Positions 13,472 to 26,929 of a stretch of 64,000 bases of DNA are shown piece after piece. Below the pieces are notes generated by a model. That model made no database searches. It saw nothing but the letters and a program-made list of their open reading frames with translations, and was not told where the DNA came from. The position numbers and the translations under genes are program-made. The stretch's first letter is position 1. Each line of letters begins with the position of its first letter. Source of the DNA: Paraspadella gotoi (Eukaryota > Animalia > Chaetognatha); assembly GCA_051294375.1 (NCBI GenBank), contig CM119266.1:21578754-21642753 (forward strand), read 5' to 3'.

Positions 13472-15316
13472 GTTTATAAATTGAGCTACGATTTTTTTTT
13501 CATAATATTTCATGTTCATTAAATTGTCAAATTGTTCGTCGTGGTCAATCAATTTGGAGAAGAAGTTAAGTAGCAAGTTAAATCTTCTCATCCCTCCATC
13601 TTTCCTTAAGATTTGGACACCTAAATTTATCAAAAGAACAAATAAAGATTATATCCAAAGAATAAAAATCCCGGCCGATAGGCAACTCGTCCCTCGCCGG
13701 AATTTCCCGGTTGTCATTCCGGGTTTATCCGTCAAACTTTTCGGCCATTGCATTTCCGCACCTNNNNNNNNNNNNNNNNNNNNNNNNNNNNNNNNNNNNN
13801 NNNNNNNNNNNNNNNNNNNNNNNNNNNNNNNNNNNNNNNNNNNNNNNNNNNNNNNNNNNNNNNNNNNNNNNNNNNNNNNNNNNNNNNNNNNNNNNNNNNN
13901 NNNNNNNNNNNNNNNNNNNNNNNNNNNNNNNNNNNNNNNNNNNNNNNNNNNNNNNNNNNNNNNNNNNNNNNNNNNNNNNNNNNNNNNNNNNNNNNNNNNN
14001 NNNNNNNNNNNNNNNNNNNNNNNNNNNNNNNNNNNNNNNNNNNNNNNNNTAGACCGCCAACGCTCTCCCCTTGTGGCGCCATCTCGTCGCCCTGGCGCGG
14101 GGTCCCGCTTGTCTATTTGTTTTGGCCGGAAGTGCAGCCGAGGTTATGGCGCCTGTTAAGGGGAGGGGGCGATGGAAAAAAGGTGTAGAAAGGAAAAAGG
14201 GATGGAAGGAAGTTTTCGATTCGACAACCCTCGGCTTNNNNNNNNNNNNNNNNNNNNNNNNNNNNNNNNNNNNNNNNNNNNNNNNNNNNNNNNNNNNNNN
14301 NNNNNNNNNNNNNNNNNNNNNNNNNNNNNNNNNNNNNNNNNNNNNNNNNNNNNNNNNNNNNNNNNNNNNNNNNNNNNNNNNNNNNNNNNNNNNNNNNNNN
14401 NNNNNNNNNNNNNNNNNNNNNNNNNNNNNNNNNNNNNNNNNNNNNNNNNNNNNNNNNNNNNNNNNNNNNNNNNNNNNNNNNNNNNNNNNNNNNNNNNNNN
14501 NNNNNNNNNNNNNNNNNNNNNNNNNNNNNNNNNNNNNNNNNNNNNNNNNNNNNNNNNNNNNNNNNNNNNNNNNNNNNNNNNNNNNNNNNNNNNNNNNNNN
14601 NNNNNNNNNNNNNNNNNNNNNNNNNNNNNNNNNNNNNNNNNNNNNNNNNNNNNNNNNNNNNNNNNNNNNNNNNNNNNNNNNNNNNNNNNNNNNNNNNNNN
14701 NNNNNNNNNNNNNNNNNNNNNNNNNNNNNNNNNNNNNNNNNNNNNNNNNNNNNNNNNNNNNNNNNNNNNNNNNNNNNNNNNNNNNNNNNNNNNNNNNNNN
14801 NNNNNNNNNNNNNNNNNNNNNNNNNNNNNNNNNNNNNNNNNNNNNNNNNNNNNNNNNNNNNNNNNNNNNNNNNNNNNNNNNNNNNNNNNNNNNNNNNNNN
14901 NNNNNNNNNNNNNNNNNNNNNNNNNNNNNNNNNNNNNNNNNNNNNNNNNNNNNNNNNNNNNNNNNNNNNNNNNNNNNNNNNNNNNNNNNNNNNNNNNNNN
15001 NNNNNNNNNNNNNNNNNNNNNNNNNNNNNNNNNNNNNNNNNNNNNNNNNNNNNNNNNNNNNNNNNNNNNNNNNNNNNNNNNNNNNNNNNNNNNNNNNNNN
15101 NNNNNNNNNNNNNNNNNNNNNNNNNNNNNNNNNNNNNNNNNNNNNNNNNTCTCTCTCTACGACGTCATTGCTGCATCCAACGATTTCGCGTTTCCGCTTA
15201 TAACTGTTTTCTTTTTCTTTTTCGTTTTATTTCTTTCTTTCGATCGGTTTTCCCTTTACCGTGTCGCTTCCTCTCGTTCTCCCCCCTTTCCCCCTTCCCC
15301 CTCTACCACCTTCCAC

Positions 15317-15752
15317 CTTCCAACCATCAAGCGAATTCAATACAAAGGAGACCAATCAATCTGAAGCGACGCGACTTTGCAGAACAGAAGGCGTCGACAT
15401 CATTGACTTTCTCTTTTTCTTCGCTCAAGACTTTGCTTTTCTTTGCTCTTCATTTTGATTTTTCTTTGCTTTTCGTTTTGCTTTGTCTTTGCTCCTCACT
15501 TTCGTTTTTTTTTTCTCTCTCCTACCCCCTTTCCTTTTTATCTGCGGTCAACTTTTGTTTTTTCTGTTTCTCATTTGGCTCTTTTCTCCGTTCATTACTT
15601 TGTATTTAATCTGCTTTAATCTTTGCTTTTTTTGCTAACCTCTTTGCTTTTCCTTCGGCTCCCTTGTTTGCTTTTACTCTCTTTTCCTTCGTTTTATTTT
15701 TCTTTGTCAACCGTCGGTGAAACAATGAAGTGTTGTTCATTTTTCTTTTGCA

Positions 15753-15788
<36 letters not shown>

Positions 15789-15832
15789 GTCATCCAGGGG
15801 ATCCTCATCCAGTCACCATATCCGTTTCCAGT
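15317..15832 (-). CDS. Same exon, copy 2
   Basis: cag|A CTG GAA ACG GAT ATG GTG ACT... gives LETDMVT..DPLDDSDDDDDDDDCKENEQHFIVSPTVDKENKTKEKRVKANKGAEGKAKRLAKKQR after correcting small indels. Confidence 0.5.
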
Positions 15833-15851
15833 CTGTACGGAAGAGGAACTT

Positions 15852-15884
<33 letters not shown>

Positions 15885-15909
15885 NNNNNNNNNNNNNNNN
15901 NNNNNNNNN

Positions 15910-16525
15910 AGACGAGAATGAAAAAAAAAATGGGCGAGCGTAACGGCGGTGATGAAACAAAGTCACTAACAGCCGAACGCGAAGACGCGAGGGTGGAGAT
16001 ATATTTTTTACGCGTCGACGCTTCGCGTCAGCCCGCGAATCCCACGCGTTTCCGAATTAACTAATTCAAAGAGAAAAATCTAATCGAGAAGAGGAGGAGA
16101 GAGAGAGAGAGGAGAGAGAGAGAGAAGAAGAGAGACGAGAACGAAGAGAGAGAAGAAGAGAGGAGAGAGAAGAGAGAGAGCGATGATGGAGAGAGAGAAG
16201 AGGTAGAGGGGAGAAGAGAGATATAGCCAGGAGAGAGAGAGAGAGAAGCATCGTAAAGTTGCAAAGGTCTAACAAAGCGAACCCCATTCCTACCGAGAAA
16301 ACACAAGGAACAAAAAAGAAAAAAAAATAACGAAAGATTGACAGAAGAAAAGAAAGAAAAAAGGGCAGAACAAAGAAGGAAAAAGAAGAAAAAATCGGGG
16401 AATGACTTCGAGTCGAGGCGAAGGTCCAGGCCGGGCTCTCAGTCACGAGTTGCACCGAAAACCAAAGATTTTTAGACGAGGCGGAGAGGGAGAGAGGAGG
16501 AGAGGAGAGGGAGAGGACAGAGAAG
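15910..16525 (-). other. Segment inverted relative to block A copy 1 (~7880-8468)
   Basis: gagaatgaaaaaaaaaatgggcgagcgta is the reverse complement of ~8432-8467. The segment starts after a 25-N gap and ends in (GA)n, after which forward colinearity resumes. Confidence 0.85.
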
Positions 16526-16902
16526 AAGTTTTTTTTTCTATTTAAATTTTTTTAAATCTTTACTTTTCTTCTTTTTTCATTTTCGGTGAAATTTTTCTTA
16601 TTTCATTTCTCATTTTCTTTATTTCTTGTTTTTAGTGTTTCCTGATGTTTGTCCTCTGTTTTTTTGTTTTTTTTTTGTTTTTTTCTTTTACTTATTGTCT
16701 TCTTTTTTTCTCCGCCAGATGCGGTGTTTGTGTTTTCTTTCGTCAACATAGTTTGTCTCTTTTCTTTTCCTTTTTTAAGTATTTGATTTTTTTTTCTTCT
16801 TCTTTTTCGTTAGCGAAATCCACGTGAGGCTTTTTTCTTTCTTTTTTCTTTCTTTTTTCTTTCTTTTTTCTTTCTTTTTTCTTTCTTTTTTCTTTTCTTC
16901 GC

Positions 16903-17292
16903 TTTCCATCGTCGATTCCATCCTTTTCACTTCCGACGCAATCGGTTGCCATTGACGACGTAAGTCATTCCACACAGGTTCGGTTCTCCTCGGCGGCGTG
17001 GTCGAAGTCTATTCAATGAATGTATTGTATGAATTGTATGAATAGTATTCATACAATCGAAGTAGAAGTTCAAAGGTCATCTTAGAAAGACAATACAGGT
17101 GATTCAGGACTCCCTCAATAACTTTTTTTTAGATCTTCTATGGATTTCTTTGAACTCGAGATCTCCGAACCTCAATCGATTTCGTAGTCGTCGTCGTCGT
17201 CGTCGTCGTCTTCATCGTCGTCGTCGTCGTCGTCGTCGCGAACATCGTAGATATTCGTCTCATTTTCCTCCTTCAGGGAATCGGCCGTAAAT
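16903..17292 (-). CDS. Probable upstream coding exon of the same minus-strand gene, copy 2
   Basis: Reads SLKEENETNIYDVRDDDDDDDDEDDDDDDDDYEID...KKVIEGVLNHLYCLSKMTFELLLRLYEYYSYNSYNTFI...VWNDLRRQWQPIASEVKRMESTME with a few indels. AG acceptor; the apparent donor is GC. Confidence 0.5.
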
Positions 17293-17334
17293 CTTTTCAC
17301 TCCTTCGAGCCACCTATTCACTTTCCTCGTCCTA

Positions 17335-17495
17335 TTTTCCCATATTCTCAATTTCCCATATTCCCACATTCCCATTTTTTCACATTCTCGATTTCCCAAA
17401 TTCCCATTTTCCGGCATTCCCACATTCCCACATTCCCGCATTCCCATTTACCCACTTTCCCACATTCCCATTTTCCCACATTCCCACATCCCCAT
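17335..17495. repeat. Short-unit tandem repeat (attcccac/attcccatt)n (homologue 9290-9445)
   Basis: Repeated ttcccacattcccatttt motifs. Confidence 0.8.
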
Positions 17496-17925
17496 ACATC
17501 CTGACTTTTTCCCCCATGAGCGAATTGATGTGAGAAAGGAGTGACATGGAATTTTTTTTTCTCGAGATCTCTTTCCCCAAAAATGGCATCGTTTTCTTTT
17601 TTTCCCTGGAGCCTCTCCCAAATTTCACTCATCGTTTTCGTTATGGAGCGATCGACCGAAATCACCCACAATGGCCCACGCTTGCCCACGCGATCGACCG
17701 AAATCACCCACAATGGCCCAATTGGCCCACGCCGCAACTTGGCTTCCCTTTCGAACAACGTGTGGTCCGCGGGAAGCATCCATTTCTGTAATCGAACAAA
17801 AATGAAAAACGAAGTGACAACGAAATCGATTAAGTTATTGGTTTACGCAATCACAACGAAAAAGAAAGGAAATTCACGATGGTTTAAGGTTAAAACTAAA
17901 TTTGAATATTAAATAAACTGAAAAC

Positions 17926-17979
<54 letters not shown>

Positions 17980-18291
17980 GAGATTTAGAGTGAAGAAGAA
18001 AGCCAAAGCGAAAGAAATGGATACTAAGGAGAAAAATTCTCATATATTATAGAATTATATATATTATATAATATATTAAGCGTTAAAACATTAGACGATA
18101 AAAGCAAATCTAAAAAAATTCAAAAATGGAGAAAAGGCGGAAAGACTAAACGGAAACAATGTCGAGAGAGACAGAGACAGAGACAAAAGGTTTTTGCCGA
18201 ATCTCCGCGTCTTTTTTTTTCGAGGCGAAGATTGCGAGCACCTGTTNNNNNNNNNNNNNNNNNNNNNNNNNAGTAAGCTGTGGGGAAATGA

Positions 18292-18339
<48 letters not shown>

Positions 18340-18369
18340 AGAGAGAGAGAGAAGAGAGGAGCCAACAGT

Positions 18370-19298
18370 TACTATAATCCTCCGGAAGGATTTCTCCACC
18401 CAAATCCATCAAGAAATTTGTTTTCTTCGGATGTTTTTTTTAGTGTCCTCAGTTTAACGCAGGCCTCGTTACAGTTACAATGCCATATCTAGCATTGAGT
18501 TTTTAATTCTCAATTACACTAGCATCGCAGCTGAATTATATCCTCTAATTATCATTCAAAAAATCAAACGCATTTGTATTAAAAACCCTGTTTGACATTT
18601 TGTGGAAAAAAAAACAATCGGTTTTTTTTTGGTATTTCCTTTTTTTCCGTCGTTTGGGCGCAAAAACGATACGCGCGAAAAGAAAAACAATTCTCGTCTT
18701 TGGCAACTTTTGTCCCACTTTTCGAAGCCCGATTTTCCAGTTTTGATCGTTGGCTTTCTCATTTTTTCGCAACAGGCGCCATGATTCTACCGCAGAACCG
18801 ATTGAATAAAAAAAAAAACAAAATGCGTGACGGTTCGCAACCAGGTTAAACTGTTAAGGAATGTTGGTTCAAAATAAATGAATGGGAAAAAAAAACCCCC
18901 CTTTTTTTTTTTTTCCTTTTTTTTTTTTGGATAAAAACCCTTTTTTTTTAACGGCGGTGACCTTGATGAAAAGAACAACTCTTTATCTTTAAAACTCTCA
19001 TGCTCGAGAAAGGAAAAAAAATGGCGTCCTCTGTCGAGAGAATGGTAAAGTAAAAATAGTCATGGGGAATAAAAACATAATGCCTCTCAGATTTTTGTCT
19101 TTTTCTTTTTAAGATATTTTTTCTTAAATATTTGCCACTATAACCATGGTTTCCGGACTGCAGCTGTTAAGTTTTCATATTCGGATTTCTCACTCTCTCT
19201 CTCTTTGGGATCTGTCCTGTCTCGTCTCTCTTTTTTCACTTTCTTGGTCTTTCTTAGGTCTAAGGTCTTTCTTGTCTTTCTTCTTTGTCTCTTCTTCT

Positions 19299-19334
<36 letters not shown>

Positions 19335-21028
19335 TTTCTCATTTTCTCTCTCTTCTCTCTGCTCTTCTCTCATCTCTCAGTCTCTCTCTCTTCTCTCCTC
19401 TCGCTCTCTTCTCTCTCCTCTTCTCTCTACCTCTCTCTCTTCTTCTTCTTCTTCTTCGCTTCTTCTTCTTCTCTCCGCTCTCTGCCGCACTCTTTTCTCC
19501 TCCCCCTCCATTTTATCCGTCGAGATAATATCACATTTTTGCCATTAGTGAGTTTGTTTTTCTCTCGAGCTCTCACTATTTCTCACTCTCCGTCGAAATC
19601 TTTCTCCTCCTCTCCCTCTATCGCCTTACTGGAAGGTGTCTTATTTGTTTTTTTGTTGTTTCCCGCAGCTTTGTGGGCCGCAAGATCTCTGATCGAGCAT
19701 TTTTTTTTCTCCCGCGTTTTCCCTTCTTCTTTTTTTTAAATCCTCTTCCTCAGATCCTCCATCAAAATCCTCTCTCCAATCTCTTTCTCTCTCTCTCTTC
19801 TCATGCATCTCCTCTCTCTCTCTCTCTCGTCTCCGTGTCTGTCTCATGCTCTCCATGCCCCTCATCTCTCTAAATTCTTTCTTTCCTCTTCGTCTCTCCT
19901 CTCTCTCTCCTCTCTCTCTCCTCTCTCTTTCGCGGGTCTCCTCTAAGATATTCAGGGAAAATTGTTCGAATTCCCTTGGAAGAGAGAACGTCCGAATCCG
20001 TCATCGTGCGTCGTCGTCGCTCGTCGTCGTTATCGCTGCGAGTCATGATCCCTGATTGCGTCAACTTCCTTCCCCTCTTGCCTCACTTTCACCAATCTCA
20101 TCTCTCGATGTGCGTCAGACTTGCCTCTCTCGCTCTCTCGTCTTCTCTTCCCTCGTCTCTCTCTCTCTCTTCTCTCTCTCTCTGCTCTCCGTCTCTCTCT
20201 CCCTCTCTCTCGTCTCTCTATCTCTCTCTCTTACTGATATTCCTCGAGATTTCTCCACCCAAATCCATCAAGAAATTTTTTCTTCGGATGTTTTTTTTAG
20301 TTCGCAGTTTAACCAGAGCCTCGGTTACAGTTACAATGCCATATGTAGCATTGCTTTTTAATTCTCTATTCCACTAGCATCGCAGCTGAATTATATCCTC
20401 TATTATCATTCAAAAATAAAACCATTTAGTATTAAAAAAAAACCTGTATGACATTTTGTGAGGAAAAAAAAACAATCGGGGTTTTTTGGTTATTTCCTTT
20501 TTCCGTCGTTTGGCGCAAAACGATCGCGCGAAAGAAAAACAATTCTCGTCTTTGGCAACTTTTCCACTTTTCGAACGCGACTTTTCCAGTTTTGAATTTG
20601 TTGGCTTTCTCTTTTTTCCGCAACAGGCGCCATGATTCTACCCAGAACCGATTGAAATAAAAAAACAAAATGGCGCGACGGTTTTCAACAGGTTAAAACT
20701 GTTAATAAAATGTTGGTTCAAAATAAATTAATGGACTTTCTTTGATAAACCTTTTTTACGCCGTTACCTTTGATAAAAATAAAAGAACAACTCTTTATCT
20801 TTAAAACTCTCAGCTCGAGAAAGAAAAAAAATGGCGTCTCGTCGAGAGAAAGATAAATAAAATATCATGGGAATAAAAACATAAAAATCCTCTCAGATTC
20901 TTGTCTTTTTCTTTTAAATATTTTTTTATTTGCATAAACCATGTTTCGACGCAGCTGTTAAGCTTTCATATTCGGATTTCTCTCTCCCTATCTTTGTCTG
21001 TCTCTCTGTCTCACTCTCTTTTTCTTTC

Positions 21029-21060
<32 letters not shown>

Positions 21061-22864
21061 TTCTTTCAAGCCCTTCTTTCCTTTCTTTCTGTCTCCTCAA
21101 TTTTCTCTCTCTCTTCTCTCTCCCTCTCTCCTTCTGTATCTCGCTCGTCGTCTGCATCTCCATCCTCTCCTCTCTTCTCCTCTCTCTCTTCTCTTCTTCC
21201 TCTCTTCTCTCTCTTCTTCTCTTCTTCTTCTTCTTCTTCCTCCCTCTCTCCCACTTCTTCCTCCTTCCAATAACAAAAAAAAAAAAATAAAAAAAGAAAG
21301 AAAATAAGAAAAGAATAAAAAAAATAAAAAAATAAAAAAAAAAAAAAAAAAACAAAAAAAAAAAAGAAAAGGAAAGGGGGGAAGGAAGAAAAAAAAAAAA
21401 GAAAAAAAAAAAAGGACAAAAAAATAAAAAAAAAAAGCAAAAGAAAAAGAACAACAAAAAAAAGAAAATAGAACTCAAAAAAAGGACGAGAGAAAGGAGG
21501 GGGAAGAAAAAAAAAAAAAAAAAAAACGAAAAAAAAAGAAAAAAAAAAAAAAGGGGTGAAAATAGAAAAAAAAGGTGGGGAAAAAGGAAAAACAGAAACA
21601 AAGAAAGAAAAAAAAGAAAAAAAGGGAAAAAAAAAATAAAAAAAAAAATAAAAAAAAAAAAAGAAACAAAAACAAAAAAGAAAAACAAAAAAACAAAAAA
21701 AAAGAAAAAAGAATAAAGAAAAAAGAAAAAAAAAAAAGATAAAAAAAAAAAGGAAAACAGCAAAAAGAAAAAAATGGAAGAATAAAAAATAATCAAATAA
21801 TAAAAAAGTAAAAGATGGAAAAAGGTGGATAGAACAAAAAAAAAAAAAAAAAAATGAAAAAACCTAGACGAGGGAAAAATAAGGGTGAGAAGAAACTTGA
21901 AAAGGAAACAAAGAAAGTGAAAAAAAAAAAATAAAAGGAAATAGGGAACAAAGGTAAAAAGAAAAAAAAAACGAAAATAAGGTGAAAAAAGAATAAATAA
22001 AAAATAAAAGAATATATGGACTCAAAAAAAAGTGAACTCTCACGGAAAAAAGTGGAAAAAAAAAAAGGAAGTTAATAAAAACAAATACAACATACAAGGT
22101 GCGGGCAAAAAAAAAAAAAGAAAAAAAAAAAAAGGAGAAAAAAGAAAAAAAAAAAAAAAAAAAAAACAAAAGAAAAAAAAACAATAAATAAAGGAGAAAG
22201 GAAAAAGGCAAAGGAAGGAAAAAAAAAAATAAAAAAAAGCGGAAAAGGAAAGAAAATGAGAAAAATAACAAATAAATAAGGGAAAGAAGAAGTGAAAAGA
22301 GAGCGGCGAAAAGAGAAAAAAAAAAAAAATACAAAAGAGAAAAAAGGGCACAAAAAGCAAAAAAAGGATACAAAAGAAAAGGTAACAGAAGAAACAGAAA
22401 ACAAAAAAAAAAAAAAAACAAAAAAAGCGTGAAAAAAAAAAAAAGAAAAAGAAAAAACAATAAAAAAAAAAAAAAAAAAAAAAAAATAGAAAAAAATAAG
22501 TGGGGGAAAAAAATAGGAAGACTCACACAAAAACAAAAAAAAAGGGGATAAAAAAAAAAAAGATAATAGGTGGAAAATAATAAATAATAATTATTAAAAA
22601 AAAAAAAATATAAAGAAAAAAAAAGAAGTAGAAAAAAATAATAAAACAAGAAAAAAAAAAAAAAAAAGGAAAAAAGAAGAAAAGGGAAAATAAAAAAAAG
22701 GGGAAAACAAAAACAGGGGGAGGAAACAAAAAAGGAAGGAAAAAAAAGGAAAAAAGGAACGAAAAAAAAAAAGAAACAGAAAAAAAAAAAAAAAAGGGGG
22801 AAAGAAAAAAAAAAAAAAATATAAAAGAAAGAGAAAAAGAAAAGAAAAAAGGAAAAAAAAGAAA

Positions 22865-22896
<32 letters not shown>

Positions 22897-23440
22897 AAAA
22901 AAGCGTGAAAGAAAAAAGAAAAATAAAAAAAAAAAAAAAAAAAGAGCGAAAACNNNNNNNNNNNNNNNNNNNNNNNNNTCACTATTTCTCACTCTCCATC
23001 GAATCTTTCTCCTCTCCCTCTATCGCCTACTAATGTCTTTTTGTTTTTTTGTTTTCGCAGCTTTGCGCAGATCTCCTTCGACATTTTTTTTTCTCCGCGT
23101 TTCCTTTTTTTTTNNNNNNNNNNNNNNNNNNNNNNNNNNNNNNNNNNNNNNNNNNNNNNNNNNNNNNNNNNNNNNNNNNNNNNNNNNNNNNNNNNNNNNN
23201 NNNNNNNNNNNNNNNNNNNNNNNNNNNNNNNNNNNNNNNNNNNNNNNNNNNNNNNNNNNNNNNNNNNNNNNNNNNNNNNNNNNNNNNNNNNNNNNNNNNN
23301 NNNNNNNNNNNNNNNNNNNNNNNNNNNNNNNNNNNNNNNNNNNTCTCTCTCTCTCTCTCTTTCGCGTCTCCTCTAATATTCAGGGAAATGTTGAATTCCC
23401 TTGGAAGAGAGACGTCCGAATCCGTCGTCGTCGTCGTCGT
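18370..23440. repeat. Duplicated block B (18370-20230 repeated at 20232-21270 plus 22980-23440)
   Basis: gatttctccacccaaatccatcaagaaatt occurs at ~18390 and ~20250, with colinear sequence afterwards. Confidence 0.85.
21270..22953. other. ~1.7-kb A-dominated low-complexity stretch, probably low-quality long-read sequence
   Basis: Aperiodic A-runs interrupt the second copy of block B, have no counterpart in the first copy, and end at a 25-N gap. Confidence 0.75.
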
Positions 23441-24306
23441 NNNNNNNNNNNNNNNNNNNNNNNNNNNNNNNNNNNNNNNNNNNNNNNNNNNNNNNNNNNN
23501 NNNNNNNNNNNNNNNNNNNNNNNNNNNNNNNNNNNNNNNNNNNNNNNNNNNNNNNNNNNNNNNNNNNNNNNNNNNNNNNNNNNNNNNNNNNNNNNNNNNN
23601 NNNNNNNNNNNNNNNNNNNNNNNNNNNNNNNNNNNNNNNNNNNNNNNNNNNNNNNNNNNNNNNNNNNNNNNNNNNNNNNNNNNNNNNNNNNNNNNNNNNN
23701 NNNNNNNNNNNNNNNNNNNNNNNNNNNNNNNNNNNNNNNNNNNNNNNNNNNNNNNNNNNNCCTCCAACGATAGTCCATCAACAAACGGTTCCATCAGCAA
23801 GAAATGAGCCTCGCAACCTTTGTCTCCACCCACAGCCGAAGTCCATGAGGCATACTCANNNNNNNNNNNNNNNNNNNNNNNNNNNNNNNNNNNNNNNNNN
23901 NNNNNNNNNNNNNNNNNNNNNNNNNNNNNNNNNNNNNNNNNNNNNNNNNNNNNNNNNNNNNNNNNNNNNNNNNNNNNNNNNNNNNNNNNNNNNNNNNNNN
24001 NNNNNNNNNNNNNNNNNNNNNNNNNNNNNNNNNNNNNNNNNNNNNNNNNNNNNNNNNNNNNNNNNNNNNNNNNNNNNNNNNNNNNNNNCCCCCTACCGCC
24101 CCCCTCCCTCCCTCTTCTTCCTCGCTAGTCATTTTCGTCAGCGAACTTCCGCTGTCTTTTTCCGAGTCAGCCTTATTTACGGTTAACAGTTTTAAGGGAT
24201 AACTGTGAGCTAATCACTTCACAAAGACTGCTCGTTCCAACACTAAAACATGAACAGCGACTTTACTCACAAAAGTTCAGTCAATAAGTAGTTGTCGTTT
24301 TCCTTA

Positions 24307-24364
24307 GTCACGTGACGTTGGAATCCTTTGGAACCGACGGACGTTTTGATCTGGCCGCCATTTT
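24307..24364. promoter_or_regulatory. Promoter-like motifs: palindromic E-box GTCACGTGAC and YY1-like GCCGCCATTTT
   Basis: GTCACGTGAC at 24307-24316 and GCCGCCATTTT at 24354-24364 (AAAATGGCGGC on minus, which could also be a start codon context). Confidence 0.35.
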
Positions 24365-24399
24365 CTTTTGACAGTCTGTCCGTTTTTCCTGACCGAACT

Positions 24400-25870
24400 T
24401 ATCTTCTTCGCTTTCTCTTCCTCAAGAGGAAGAGAGGAGATCCTTCTCTTAAGCCCTTATCTATTGCCACTTTCTTGGCGCGTATATATCGCGTTGCTCC
24501 ATTTCCGCACTTTCTCCTTCCCGTCTTTCTCCGTGTCTTCCTTTCCTCGCCTTCGCTGTTATCTTTCCCTGCCGCTCGATTCCATTTCTCTATACCNNNN
24601 NNNNNNNNNNNNNNNNNNNNNGTCCTCCTTCAAATATCTCAAGACAAAAAAAAAGGAAGCGAATGTTGCTTCGCAGTTGTTTTTTTTTTCTCCTTGAAAC
24701 GCGAATCTCGGCGAGGATATGACAGATCGATTCCCTTCCTCTTCCCTCTTCCCTCTTTACGTGCGTTTGCGTGGGCGTGTGTGAGAGCGCGCGCGGGTTT
24801 GAGTGCATAAGTGAGTCTTTTAATGCGGTAAGTTTTTTTTTTGTTTTTTTTTCAAATATATAAACGCGCATTGTCCTTGAAAATTTAATGAGAGGGAAAA
24901 AAAACTCGTAATTTCTCGGAAATCTGATTTACATTATTTCACACTTAACGGAGGGAAATTGAATTTTTGATAGACTTTTGTCATTCTTTTTTTTTTTAAG
25001 TGATTGGTGGCTCACTTTCTTCCGACTTCTTCCTTCTTACTGGCTCTGTTTTCTCTCTTTCATTCACTTGGTATATCTCTCTCTTCCTCTCCTCGTACTC
25101 TTCATGTCTTCTCTCCGGTCTTCGGTCTCTCTCTCTCTCTTCAGCTCGTCTCAGTGCCTCTCTCTCTGCGTGCGGTCTCGCGTTCTCTGCGGGTCTCTCT
25201 CTTCGGGTAGTGATGATCGCATCCGAGGCCGAAATAATTTCTCCCTCTTCTGCTGTTCGTCAAATTATTAGGGGCGTCATAGATCCTTGTTGGCCAACCT
25301 GTCCAAGATAGAGGCGCATAGAGATGGGGGCGGAGAAAGAAAAATGGAGACGATAAAGATATATGGCGGATACTTTAGTCCGCATTTGTTTTTTACCGAG
25401 GAGGATTGTGGAGAGGGGGGTGAGGGGAAAAGGATTGAGGGATGAATGGCAAGGCTATGGAGCGGGGGGGGGAAAATGGAATAGCGAGAGATTTAAGTTG
25501 GAATTTATTGAAAAATTTTATATTTGTGGTTCGATATGAATTGATAATATTAAGATTATATTAAATGAATAAGCATGAGAAAAAGTGAAGGTCGCAATTA
25601 GCGAGTTAGTGTAAGAACCTCGCGTAAGGTGTAGATAAAATAGTTCAAATTAAATTTTAAAAGCTTTTCTACGTTTTAATAAGAGTTTATCAATTTAGAG
25701 GATAATGCATTTTAAAAAGACTAATGAAGGTGGTGCGGACATAATGTATTGCGGGTGAGGCGAGTCAAGATTGCGGAAGAGTAAGAAGTGCTAGTTTGGG
25801 TCGAATGATGTGAAGACCTGTGAGTAGGGATGAGTGACTATCACGACTGTGAGAGAGAAAGGAGAGAGAC
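24400..25870. repeat. Duplicated block C, partial copy (homologous to ~34330-35760 and ~39160-39780)
   Basis: ccgaaataatttctccctc...aattattagg..cgtca at ~25230, ~35113 and ~39188, with colinear flanks. Confidence 0.85.
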
Positions 25871-26714
25871 CGAGAGGGAGAGGAGAGCAGAGAGAGAAGA
25901 GAGGAGAGAGAGAGAGGAGAGATGCATGTGGGAAAGAAGAAGAGAGTATCAATAAGTAGAAGCTTTTTAACGAGGAATAAAAAAGAGGAGGAGCATAGTA
26001 GGTGCAGTAGAAGTGCACTGGACATTGAAGAGGACGAGAGACAGAAACGCGGCATGCTCGCGGTTTTCTTTGGGCGAAGCGGACGACGTTGAATTGGACG
26101 GATTGCGATGACGACAGGACGATCGGACGGAATGACGACGACAACGGACGATGTCTAGCGACACTCAAGAAGACGACGACGACATATGAAGATGGATAAA
26201 GGCTGAGGAAAGACGAAGGGAAGCGATGAACGTCGCGCGACGATGACGAAAAAAAAGAAGAAGTAGGAGGTGGTAGGCCGGGAGGAAACAGCGCGTTGGT
26301 GGTGTTGACGTCGAGAGCGAGATGTCTAGTAACGAAAGTAATGGTCGAGGTGATAAGCACAGCGGAAACAAAAGGAGTGGGGTCGCATATGGGCGAAGGC
26401 AACAGAGAAAAAAAATATGAGAGGAAAGCAGAAAAATTGAGATGAAACTATTGGGGAGACAGCAAAGAAATCTGGGTGGTGGTGGCCCGGCGGAAGAAGA
26501 GCAGAGGCGATGATGTGTTGGTGGTGGGCGGTGGAAGAGGTGAAAGACCAAACGGATTAAGGTGAGTAAGACGTGTTCCGTACTAATATTTTTAAGAGTT
26601 TTGTCGAAGATACTTAAAAGTTTAAAAACATTTCTGGGGTCATGCAGATTTTAGCTTCTGCAGTGTGAGAAGAGCAGTTGAGAGAGAGAGAGAGAGCAGA
26701 GAGAGCAGAGAGAT

Positions 26715-26747
<33 letters not shown>

Positions 26748-26929
26748 GAGAGGAGAGAGAGATTTAAATGAAAACAAATGGAGGGGAAACCGCAATCGGA
26801 TCAGGAATTAAGGTTCTTGCCTTTTGAGGCCGTGAGGTGGTCAGTGGAAGAAAGAGGGGAAAACCTCTCTCTCTGCCACTCTCTAGCGCGCTGCTCTCTC
26901 TCTCTCGCCTCTCTCTTCCCCGAACAAGC

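Larger units (their letters stand above)
9781..17720. repeat. Duplicated block A, copy 2 (gap-rich; likely second haplotype or re-assembled copy)
   Basis: Same landmarks as copy 1, lacks the 104-887 insertion, and contains long N runs. Confidence 0.9.

Noticed and set aside
14071-15609. 512-aa and other long ORFs full of X
   Set aside because: Open only because they cross N gaps.
17649-17720. 42-bp direct duplication (cgatcgaccgaaatcacccacaatggccc)
   Set aside because: Sits where homology with copy 1 ends. It may be a join artefact and has no further structure.
21011-22992. Long Phe-rich ORFs (261 aa, 372 aa)
   Set aside because: Translation of an A-dominated low-quality stretch that is absent from the duplicate copy.
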